The translations under genes were made by a program, and so were the position numbers. The notes under the pieces are model-generated. The model was not told the DNA's origin. It made no database searches and worked only from the letters and a program-made list of their open reading frames with translations. Of a stretch of DNA of 32,000 nt, positions 24,820 through 32,000 are shown one piece after another. The DNA is from an uncultured Chloroflexia bacterium (GTDB lineage Bacteria; Chloroflexota; Ktedonobacteria; Ktedonobacterales; JADMIN01): positions 150,001 to 182,000 of the forward strand of contig CAVRAI010000003.1 of assembly GCA_963718915.1 (NCBI GenBank), in the 5' to 3' direction. Within the stretch, counting starts at the first letter, position 1; each line of letters begins with the position of its first letter.

Positions 24820-26223
24820 CTATTCTCCCGCAATCGAGAGCGCGCCGAAGCGGATGGACATCGGGCCGTAGTACGCGCCATCGCTGAAGATATCGGCGGA
24901 GAGGCGCGCATCCTGGAAGGCCGTGAAGACGTTGCCGGAGAGCGATCCGCCCTTGATGGGATGGACGCCGGACGCATCGTGACGATAGCCCAGCCGAATC
25001 TCGGCCACGAAATCGCCCGTTATCGGGTCGGGCAGCATCAGCGAGAACGAGACAATCTCATAGACCGGGCCATCCGCCACCGACCGCAGATCCGCCAGCC
25101 GCCAGCCGCCGGGCGCTATCGAAAGCCCCGCGAAGTCACCGGTCGGCGCCGCTTCGCCGAGCCAGGCCGCCGAACGCATATCCGTCCAGTAGCGACGCAG
25201 CACGCCCTCCTCGACCAGCGGCACGCTCGTCGCCGGAACGCCGTCTTTATCGAATGGCGCGGTGTTGTTGCCCCACGGTCGTAGCGCATCGGCCCGCACC
25301 GTCAGCCGGTCGCCACGCGGCTCTTCGCTGGTGATGAAGTCGCCGGGGGCGCAGCGCGCCAGCTTCTGGAAAGCGGCCTGCCCAGATGTCTGGAAGGCAA
25401 CAGGCGCGAAGAACCCCGCAAAGCCGCCAAGCGAGGGCGCCGACGAAGAACCCAGCGCATCACCACTGAGGATCACCGGACCACTATGCGTCGCCGGGGG
25501 AGTCGCGCGCAAGACATCGCGGGCATAGGTGGCATAGGCGGCAATCGTGCGGGCAAGCTGGAGGTCAGCCAGCCGTCGGCGCGAGAGCATTGCGTGAAAC
25601 TCCGCCTCCTGGTCACCGGCCCGCGCCAGCAACGCCAGATCAAGCGAAGCATGCGTGCCGCCATACGCGCCGGAGAGGCCGCGACTGTTGCGGAACGCAG
25701 TGGAGGAATGCGTCGCATAGAGTTCGGCGCTGCTCAGGCGCACATCGGGCTGCGCGGCAACCGCCTGCTCCAGCTCGGCGCGGATAGCTTCGAGCGCGCC
25801 AGGAAGGTCGCGCGCCAACTCGTCATCGTCGATGCGCGTCTCGGGGAAACCACCAGCGGGCATCGTCGGCAGCGCAAAGGGCGGATTATCGATCAGTCGC
25901 GCCATCGCCACGCCATCCGCCAGCCGGGAAGCCAGTCGCGCGGGATCGGCCAGCTCACCGCCAGAAAGCGTGACCGCCGTCGAGCCGCGCGCCGGGCTGG
26001 CATCCTCGCCGCTGGCCGGTGGATGATCGCTGTAGAGCACGGCCTGCGCCTGGGCGCTGTTCACCTGCCGCAGCGCCTCGAGGCGCGTCCCGATGAGGTA
26101 CATCTGCGCCTCGTCGTCGCGCCGCACCGCACACTGCCAGTCATCGGCCCCCGGTGTCGCCGCCAGCGCCTCAACCAGTTGCTCTGGAACCCCCGCCGCA
26201 TTCGTCACCGCCTGGGATGTCAT
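24820..26223 (-). CDS. pmbA: PmbA/TldE-family metalloprotease partner subunit
   Basis: The product is about 467 aa. The start (ATG 26223 or TTG 26226) overlaps the tldD stop within TTGATGA. Its length and position immediately downstream of tldD fit the family, and it lacks an HExxxH of its own, as expected for TldE. Confidence 0.8.
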   Translation of the reverse strand: MTSQAVTNAAGVPEQLVEALAATPGADDWQCAVRRDDEAQMYLIGTRLEALRQVNSAQAQAVLYSDHPPASGEDASPARGSTAVTLSGGELADPARLASRLADGVAMARLIDNPPFALPTMPAGGFPETRIDDDELARDLPGALEAIRAELEQAVAAQPDVRLSSAELYATHSSTAFRNSRGLSGAYGGTHASLDLALLARAGDQEAEFHAMLSRRRLADLQLARTIAAYATYARDVLRATPPATHSGPVILSGDALGSSSAPSLGGFAGFFAPVAFQTSGQAAFQKLARCAPGDFITSEEPRGDRLTVRADALRPWGNNTAPFDKDGVPATSVPLVEEGVLRRYWTDMRSAAWLGEAAPTGDFAGLSIAPGGWRLADLRSVADGPVYEIVSFSLMLPDPITGDFVAEIRLGYRHDASGVHPIKGGSLSGNVFTAFQDARLSADIFSDGAYYGPMSIRFGALSIAGE

Positions 26224-27614
26224 CAACCGAGCCTCGCTTTCATACGCAGATGTGGACCGCCAGACGCCACCGGCACCATCTCCTTATGTCCCTTGCCACA
26301 GGTGCCGGGAGATAACTCAAAATCGTTGCCAATGACCGAGATGCTCTGCAGCAGGTCAGGCACATAGCCAGTGATGCCGACGGGCGCGAAGAGCCGTCCG
26401 GTGAGCGCGCCGTTGACGATCTCCTCGCCGTAATGCGCCGTCACCTGAATGCCCCAGCCAGCCGGATCCTCCATCCCGCTCTCCGCCATCCGCAGGTAGA
26501 TGCCGCGCTCGACGCCCGCGATCATCTCCGCCGCGTCGCTCGCGCCCGGCGCGAAAAATGTGTTGCTCATGCGCGCATATGCCTTGCGTGTGTAGTCCTG
26601 GCGGCGGCCATTAGCCGTGTGGATGCCCGGCGCGAAGGTGGCCGAGGAGAAATCGCTGATGGGCCGCACGAGCACGCCATCGCGCAGAATCTGCGTCGGA
26701 CGCGCCAGCTCGCCCTCGTCGTCGAAGAAGTAGGAGCCGTAGCCGCCGACGACGCTCGGATCGTCGTACATCTGCACGCTGGGCGCGGCCACCTGGCGGT
26801 CGAGATACTGCGCCGCGAGCGCCCGGCCCTTGGGGAAGAGGTCAAGCTCGACGCCATGGCCGAAACATTCATGCGCGATGACGCCGGAGACGCTGGGATC
26901 GCTGACGACGTCGTACTCGCCTGGCGTGATCTTCTCGGCGTCCAGCAGCCGCAGGGCAATCTCCGCCGTCTGCGCCAGTTCATCTTGCGGGATGTCGGCC
27001 ACCTCATAGCCGCCCGTGCCGCCGCGGATCGCGAAGTGGTAGCGCATCTGCTGCCCATCGGAGACGGCAATCACCACCAACAGGCGCATCCGCGTCACAT
27101 GCTGTTCCAGCCGTCGTCCGCGCCCAATGTAGACGCGCTCCTCGTTGGTATCGGCGTATTGAACCTGCGCCTGCACCACCCGCTGATCCAGCGCCCGGCC
27201 ACGCGCGCCCAGATCGCGCACCAGCGCCAGCTTCTCGCTGAGGGGAACGGTCGCGGGATCGCGCGCGCTCTCGGTCTGGAAGCGCCGCCAGTCATTCCCA
27301 GCGATGGTCGAGTAGCCTGCGCCGCTCATCACCGGGCCGCCGGAACGCGGGCGCACTGTCGCCGCCCAGCCGCGCACCTCATGGGCAAGCGCGTCGGGGA
27401 TGAGCGTGCTGGTGGCGTACTCGACGAAGCCACGGCCATCATAGACGGTGAAGACGATACCCTGCGTCGGGGGAACTTCGTTGGCGCGCTGCTCCCTGCC
27501 CGTATCGGTAATTTGAACGCCAGACTGGCCACTCAGCAGGGCAGCCGCATAGGGGAATCGGGGTTCCAGGTCGGCAACCAGATCCTGCACAACCCGGTAG
27601 AGCGCATCGTCCAT
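26223..27614 (-). CDS. tldD: TldD-family zinc metalloprotease
   Basis: 463-aa ORF with GAGGAGG upstream. The HExxxH motif is present in VIAHECFGHGVELD, and the overall TldD length fits. Confidence 0.9.
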   Translation of the reverse strand: MDDALYRVVQDLVADLEPRFPYAAALLSGQSGVQITDTGREQRANEVPPTQGIVFTVYDGRGFVEYATSTLIPDALAHEVRGWAATVRPRSGGPVMSGAGYSTIAGNDWRRFQTESARDPATVPLSEKLALVRDLGARGRALDQRVVQAQVQYADTNEERVYIGRGRRLEQHVTRMRLLVVIAVSDGQQMRYHFAIRGGTGGYEVADIPQDELAQTAEIALRLLDAEKITPGEYDVVSDPSVSGVIAHECFGHGVELDLFPKGRALAAQYLDRQVAAPSVQMYDDPSVVGGYGSYFFDDEGELARPTQILRDGVLVRPISDFSSATFAPGIHTANGRRQDYTRKAYARMSNTFFAPGASDAAEMIAGVERGIYLRMAESGMEDPAGWGIQVTAHYGEEIVNGALTGRLFAPVGITGYVPDLLQSISVIGNDFELSPGTCGKGHKEMVPVASGGPHLRMKARLG

Positions 27615-27682
27615 TCGGCCTCCTCTGCCATGATCTTTTGGTACAAACTCGCTTGGTTATTGGCGCCTGCGCGGGTGGGTAA

Positions 27683-27724
27683 GCCGGAGCGTTAACGCTC
27701 CGGCGAATTTTTCACCCCATTCGC
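27683..27724. repeat. Minimal two-hairpin module of the intergenic repeat family, copy C
   Basis: A perfect 22-nt palindrome GCCGGAGCGTT/AACGCTCCGGC at 27683-27704 abuts GCGAAT-N10-ATTCGC at 27703-27724. The stretch AAGCCGGAGCGTTaACGCTCCGGCGAAT differs from 14191-14218 by one base. Confidence 0.8.
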
Positions 27725-28090
27725 TGGCAGGCTCCGACATGCCCTCCAAAGAAAAGCGACTGAAACGGAGGTGGCATAAGGCCTCCGCCTGTCCACAGCG
27801 TCGAGATCACACCGGGATGATGCCTGGCACAAGACGACATTCCTTATGAAGCATAGCAAATGGGAGTGTATCGTCCCAACATCGTGGCCGATTCTCCCGG
27901 CGCGCGGGAATGTTGAGCGGGCTGTGATACTGGCATGGCAATTGCTACGGAGCAGTGATGATTGGCAAGTGACATCTTGCCTGTCTCAGTGGGGCGGTGA
28001 CGGATGCTCCCGGCATGCCACACCACAGGTCGGTGAGTGTCGCCGCCTCCGCGCTCATCCGCAGGTTCCCTCCCGGCGGGTGAGCGTACG

Positions 28091-28180
28091 TTTCTCTCTG
28101 CTTCTCTCTCTGCTTCCGCTTTCCCCTCGCGTCCCAGCTTTCCCGCCGTACCATTTCCGCGCCATCTCCACACCATCACC
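28091..28180. repeat. Strand-asymmetric pyrimidine (CT)-rich tract
   Basis: The plus strand reads tttctctctgcttctctctctgcttccgctttcccctcgcgtcccagctttcccgcc..., with very few purines. It includes TTCTCTCTGC / TTCTCTCTCTGC repeats. Confidence 0.7.
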
Positions 28181-28398
28181 GATGATCTCCGCATAGGGGC
28201 GGGTATCCGCGAGCATGCATTGACCTCCGGCTTGCGAATTTCGGCGAAGTAATGGTAGGCTGAATGATAGACAAGACTATTGCATCCTGCGGACATCCTC
28301 TGAGTACATCACGCAAGATGACCCAAATGACGACCATGCGCGCGGGGCAATGTGGCCTTGCAGCGCATCTCTCAATGACGAAGGAGTGACTATTCTCT

Positions 28399-30168
28399 AT
28401 GCCAGTGCTAACGGCGCTTGAATCATGGGTTGAAGACGCGGCGCGACGCACCCGGCCAGACCGTATTGTCTGGTGTGATGGCTCTGATCGCGAATATGAA
28501 GAACTGGTCGCGCAGATGTTGCGTGATGGCTCGTTCATTGAGATGAATGAGAAAGCCTATCCCAACTCGTATCTGCATCGTAGCAATCCCAATGATGTGG
28601 CCCGCACCGAAGGGCTGACCTATATCTGCACGACACGCCGCGAGGACGCCGGGCCAAACAACAACTGGATGGATCCCACCGAGGCGAAAGAGCGCGTCGG
28701 CAAGCTCTTTGACGGCTGCATGCAGGGCCGGACGATGTATGTCATCCCCTACCTGATGGGCGTCCCTGGTTCGCCACACGCCAAGGTGGGCATCGAAGTG
28801 ACCGACAGCCCCTATGTCGTCGCCAATATGCGCATTATGACGCGCATGGGCGCCGTGGCGATGGAGACGCTCCAGACGAACGGCGGCGAATTCGTGCCTG
28901 GTCTGCACTCCATTGGCGACCTCGATCCCAAACGACGCTTTATTCTGCACTTCCCCGAAGAGCAATTGATCTGGAGCATCGGCTCTGGCTATGGCGGCAA
29001 CGCGCTGCTCGGCAAGAAGTGTCTCTCACTCCGGTTGGCAAGCTGGATGGGCTGGAAGGACGGCTGGCTGGCCGAACACATGCTCATCCTTGGTCTGCAA
29101 GATCCCGATGGCAACGTCACCTATATGGGCGGCGCATTCCCAAGCGCCTGCGGCAAGACCAATCTGGCGATGCTTGTCTCGCCCCTGGCCGATCAGGGCT
29201 GGAAGGTGTGGACCGTCGGCGACGACATCGCGTGGATGCGTATCGGCGAGGATGGCCGCCTCTGGGCCGTCAACCCTGAGAACGGCTTCTTCGGCGTCGC
29301 GCCCGGCACCAATGTCGCGACCAACCCCAACGCCATCGCCTCGCTCTCACACAACTCGATCTTCACCAATGTCGCGCGGACACCGGACGGCCTGCCCTGG
29401 TGGGAAGGCATCGACCCGAAGCAGAAGACGCCGCCCGCGGGCACAATTGACTGGCTCGGCAGGACCTATGAGCCGGGCAAAGGGCATGCCGCCCATCCGA
29501 ATTCGCGCTTCACCTCGCCCGCCAGCCAGTGTCCCTCGATCTCGCCACACCGCGAAGATCCCCAGGGCGTGCCGATTGACGCCTTCATCTTCGGCGGACG
29601 ACGCGCGCGGGTGGCGCCGCTGGTCTATCAGGCATTCAACTGGCAGCACGGTGTCTTTGTCGGCGCGGGCATGGGGTCGGAGACGACGGCCGCCGCGACC
29701 GGCGCGGTGGGCGTCACCCGGCGCGACCCGATGGCGATGCTGCCGTTCTGCGGCTATAACATGGGCGACTACTTCGGCCACTGGCTCGATATGGGCAAGA
29801 AGCTGACCAATCCGCCGGCGATCTTCCACGTCAACTGGTTCCGCAAAGACAACGACGGCCATTTCCTCTGGCCCGGCTTTGGCCAGAACATACGCGTGCT
29901 CATGTGGATGCTGGGACGGATTCGCGGTACCGCCGATGCCCGCGAGACGGCGATTGGCCATATTCCGACCGCCGACTCCATTGACCTGGATGGCCTCGAT
30001 CTCAAGCCGGAGACGGTCGAGCAGATGTTTGCCATCGAGAAGCATGACTGGGAGCACGAGTGGGCCAGCCAGGGCGAGTTCTTCCAGCAGTTTGGCGATC
30101 ACCTGCCCGCCGCGATGACCGAGGAGCACAACGCGCTCAAGGCGCGCCTCAGCGCGATGCAGGGCTAA
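28399..30168 (+). CDS. pckG: Phosphoenolpyruvate carboxykinase (GTP)
   Basis: 589-aa ORF with GAAGGAG upstream. It has the GTP-PEPCK kinase-1a motif GGAFPSACGKTNLAM, and the N-terminal pattern (IVWCDGSDREYEEL) and overall length fit. Confidence 0.95.
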   Translation: MPVLTALESWVEDAARRTRPDRIVWCDGSDREYEELVAQMLRDGSFIEMNEKAYPNSYLHRSNPNDVARTEGLTYICTTRREDAGPNNNWMDPTEAKERVGKLFDGCMQGRTMYVIPYLMGVPGSPHAKVGIEVTDSPYVVANMRIMTRMGAVAMETLQTNGGEFVPGLHSIGDLDPKRRFILHFPEEQLIWSIGSGYGGNALLGKKCLSLRLASWMGWKDGWLAEHMLILGLQDPDGNVTYMGGAFPSACGKTNLAMLVSPLADQGWKVWTVGDDIAWMRIGEDGRLWAVNPENGFFGVAPGTNVATNPNAIASLSHNSIFTNVARTPDGLPWWEGIDPKQKTPPAGTIDWLGRTYEPGKGHAAHPNSRFTSPASQCPSISPHREDPQGVPIDAFIFGGRRARVAPLVYQAFNWQHGVFVGAGMGSETTAAATGAVGVTRRDPMAMLPFCGYNMGDYFGHWLDMGKKLTNPPAIFHVNWFRKDNDGHFLWPGFGQNIRVLMWMLGRIRGTADARETAIGHIPTADSIDLDGLDLKPETVEQMFAIEKHDWEHEWASQGEFFQQFGDHLPAAMTEEHNALKARLSAMQG

Positions 30169-30390
30169 CAGGGCATTCCTCATCTATGCGCCCTTCTCCA
30201 GCAATGGGGAGGGGCGCATGTGTCTATGGGTCGCGCTTCATCACATTGCGCCGCGCACAATTCGCGTACACATGGCATACGCGCACTGCTGCTTTTTCCT
30301 GATGGCGCCACCGCCGGATTCTGGCTACACTTGCTCATAGTACGTACTACATTGTGGGCAAGCCATGCGGCTACGAGCGAAAGGCAGAAC

Positions 30391-30678
30391 ATGATGGTTA
30401 TCTTGCAGATCGAGCACGCCGTCGCCAACTTCGACGGGTGGAAGCAGGCATTCGACGCCGATCCGGTGGGGCGACAGCGCATGGGCGTGCGCCGCTACCG
30501 CATCATGCGACTCGTCAACGACCCGAACTTCGCAATCATCGAGTTGGAGTTCGATTCCGCGCCCGAGGCGGAGGCGTTGCTCGCGGCGATGCGTGAGGTC
30601 TGGGGGCGCGTGCAGGGAACGCTGATCGAATCCCCACAGGCGCGCATCACCGAGCTTGTCGAGCGCGTCGAGCTGTAA
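30391..30678 (+). CDS. Small (95-aa) protein, probable ferredoxin-like/dimeric alpha-beta barrel fold, unknown function
   Basis: I prefer the ATG at 30391, internal to track ORF 30220..30678, because the upstream 57 codons look non-coding. The pattern MMVILQIEHAVANFDGWKQAFDADPVGRQRMGVRRYRIMRLVNDPNFAIIELEFDSAPEAEA resembles small ABM-like proteins. The RBS is weak. Confidence 0.6.
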   Translation: MMVILQIEHAVANFDGWKQAFDADPVGRQRMGVRRYRIMRLVNDPNFAIIELEFDSAPEAEALLAAMREVWGRVQGTLIESPQARITELVERVEL

Positions 30679-30684
30679 GTCAGA

Positions 30685-30774
30685 GCTCTCCCGCCCGCGC
30701 GTGTGGTAGGCTCCCCCGCAAGCGCCCCAACTAGGCGCGACCAACCGCTCTCCCGCCCGCGCGTGTGGTAGGCT
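30685..30774. repeat. Two identical 28-bp direct repeats separated by 34 bp
   Basis: GCTCTCCCGCCCGCGCGTGTGGTAGGCT occurs at 30685-30712 and again at 30747-30774. The pair lies between the small protein gene and the amidohydrolase gene. Confidence 0.9.
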
Positions 30775-30824
30775 AGGCATAGCAGCGGCTGTGCGAGCAT
30801 ACGCGCCTATTCGGGAGAGACGAG

Positions 30825-32000
30825 ATGTCGGCGACGAGCATTCTGCGCGGGGCGACCCTGATTGACGGAACCGGACGACCGCCGGTCGAGCATGCGGTGG
30901 TAGCCTTCCGCGATGGCCGCATCCTCTACGCCGGAGGGGCTGACGGCTGGCAGGCGGAGACACTGCGTCTGGCGGATTCCGGCGAGACGGTCGTCCTCGA
31001 TCTCGCGGGGCAGTATGTGCTGCCAGGGCTGATTGACCTGCATGTGCATCTGGCAATGGGTGGCGAGGCCGACAGCCGCCTGCAAGGCGAACACGCCTGG
31101 ACAACGCTGGTGATGCTGGCGCACGCGCGCAACAGTCTGGCAGCGGGCATCACGACGATCCGTGATGTCGGCGGGCGTTTCGGGCTGGAGTTCGCGGTAC
31201 GTCGCGCCGTCGAGGCGGGCCTCTATGTCGGGCCGCGCATGGTGCTCTCGGGCAAACTTCTCTCGATCACCTCGGCGGGAACCGAGTACTACGACGGCAT
31301 GTACCGCGAGGCCGACGGCCCAGATGAAGTGCGCCGGGCGACCCGCGAGCAGATCAAAGCGGGCGCCGACTGGATCAAAGTGATGGCGACCGGCGCGGTG
31401 CTGACGCCGGGAGAATCGCCGGGCGCGGTACAGTTTGGGCCGGATGAGCTGGCGATGGCGGTCACAGAGGCGGCCAAGGCCGGGCGACCCGTCGCCGCGC
31501 ACGCGCATGGCATCGAGGGCATCCGCAACGCGGTGGCGGCGGGAGTGCGCACCATCGAACACGGCACCTATCTGCACCGCGACCCCCAGGTGATGGAGAC
31601 GATGGCCGAGCGCGGCATCTATCTCGTGCCAACGCTCAAGGCAGGGTTCGACGTCATCAATAGCGACGCCGCCAGCATGCCCGCATGGATCGTCGAGAAG
31701 ATGAAGGAAGTGCAGGAGGATGCGCTGCTGAGCGTGCGGCGCGCGCTGGAGATGGGCGTGCCCATCGCGATGGGGACCGATGCGGCGACGCCCTACAACT
31801 TCCACGGCGAGAACGCGATGGAGCTTGTCTGGATGGCCGAGGCGGGTCTCTCGCCGATGCAGTGCATCACTGCGGCGACCGCCAGCGCGGCGCGCGCCCT
31901 CGGCTGGGAAAGCTGGCTGGGGACGCTAGAGGCTGGCAAGGTGGCTGATCTCGTCGTCTGCGCCGCGAATCCGCTGGAAGACCTGCGCTACCTGGCCAAC
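30825..32000 (+). CDS. Metal-dependent amidohydrolase-family protein (3' end beyond the window)
   Basis: Absent from the ORF track because it has no stop in the window. ATG at 30825 (GGGAGAG upstream) stays open for 392 codons. Product: MSATSILRGATLIDGTGRPPVEHAVVAFRDGRILYAG...VLPGLIDLHVHL (HxH metal site)...AAHAHG...IEHGTYL...GTDA.... Confidence 0.9.
   Translation, partial: MSATSILRGATLIDGTGRPPVEHAVVAFRDGRILYAGGADGWQAETLRLADSGETVVLDLAGQYVLPGLIDLHVHLAMGGEADSRLQGEHAWTTLVMLAHARNSLAAGITTIRDVGGRFGLEFAVRRAVEAGLYVGPRMVLSGKLLSITSAGTEYYDGMYREADGPDEVRRATREQIKAGADWIKVMATGAVLTPGESPGAVQFGPDELAMAVTEAAKAGRPVAAHAHGIEGIRNAVAAGVRTIEHGTYLHRDPQVMETMAERGIYLVPTLKAGFDVINSDAASMPAWIVEKMKEVQEDALLSVRRALEMGVPIAMGTDAATPYNFHGENAMELVWMAEAGLSPMQCITAATASAARALGWESWLGTLEAGKVADLVVCAANPLEDLRYLAN

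Noticed and set aside
26433-27695. 420-aa plus-strand ORF
   Set aside because: It is the antisense shadow of tldD (HExxxH on the minus strand). Its composition is Arg/Ala-rich and it has no RBS.
27844-28296. 150-aa minus-strand ORF and the overlapping 116-aa plus-strand ORF upstream of pckG
   Set aside because: They mutually overlap on opposite strands and are driven by the polypurine/polypyrimidine tract (EAEREAER-type low complexity). Neither has an RBS.
28991-30183. Alternative-frame and antisense ORFs inside pckG (28991..29806 plus, 29347..30183 minus)
   Set aside because: They lie entirely within the PEP carboxykinase gene. Their products are low-complexity Arg/Pro/Ala-rich.
30685-30774. 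Possible mini-CRISPR (28-bp repeat, 34-bp spacer)
   Set aside because: There are only two repeat copies, no further degenerate repeats, no cas genes in 32 kb and no leader-like AT-rich flank. I keep it as a generic direct repeat.
30325-31805. Minus-strand ORFs 30325..31104 (259 aa) and 30807..31805 (332 aa)
   Set aside because: They are antisense to the small protein gene and to the amidohydrolase gene, whose plus-strand translation shows HxH and other amidohydrolase motifs and stays open for 392 codons to the window end.

Overview
High-GC (about 60-65%) bacterial chromosomal window with strong GGAGG-type ribosome-binding sites, frequent GTG/TTG starts and many long antisense shadow ORFs. 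My taxonomic guess is a Chloroflexota/Ktedonobacteria-like or actinobacterial-like organism, at low confidence. All family calls come from motif recognition by eye; I ran no searches. Content, left to right: (1) two diverged, inversely oriented paralogous secreted proteins of unknown function, bracketing a DUF3237 gene, a secreted S53 (sedolisin-type) peptidase and a roughly 1.1-kb lower-GC non-coding gap. (2) A small membrane protein divergent from a CueR-box promoter, which drives a MerR-family metal sensor and an untracked 38-aa, 9-cysteine micropeptide. (3) A divergent pair: HxlR regulator and quinone oxidoreductase. (4) A frameshifted lipoprotein gene. (5) An operon of GbsR/MarR-like regulator, ABC ATPase and ABC-2 permease. 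(6) A xylose-type CUT2 sugar uptake operon (binding lipoprotein, ATPase, permease, Gfo/Idh/MocA oxidoreductase) with a ROK regulator. (7) hisS. (8) A lower-GC two-gene islet (P22-antirepressor-N/ORF6C-like protein plus an unknown 162-aa protein). (9) A translationally coupled pmbA-tldD pair. (10) GTP-dependent PEP carboxykinase, a small alpha/beta-barrel-like protein and a truncated amidohydrolase. Two real genes at the window edges (1..1625 minus, 30825..32000 plus) are missing from the supplied ORF track because they have no in-window stop. The most interesting signals are the copper-type promoter with its Cys-rich micropeptide and a dispersed intergenic family of nested hairpin repeats (three loci) that shows compensatory base-pair changes between copies. 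I saw no rRNA, tRNA, CRISPR array or intact transposase.
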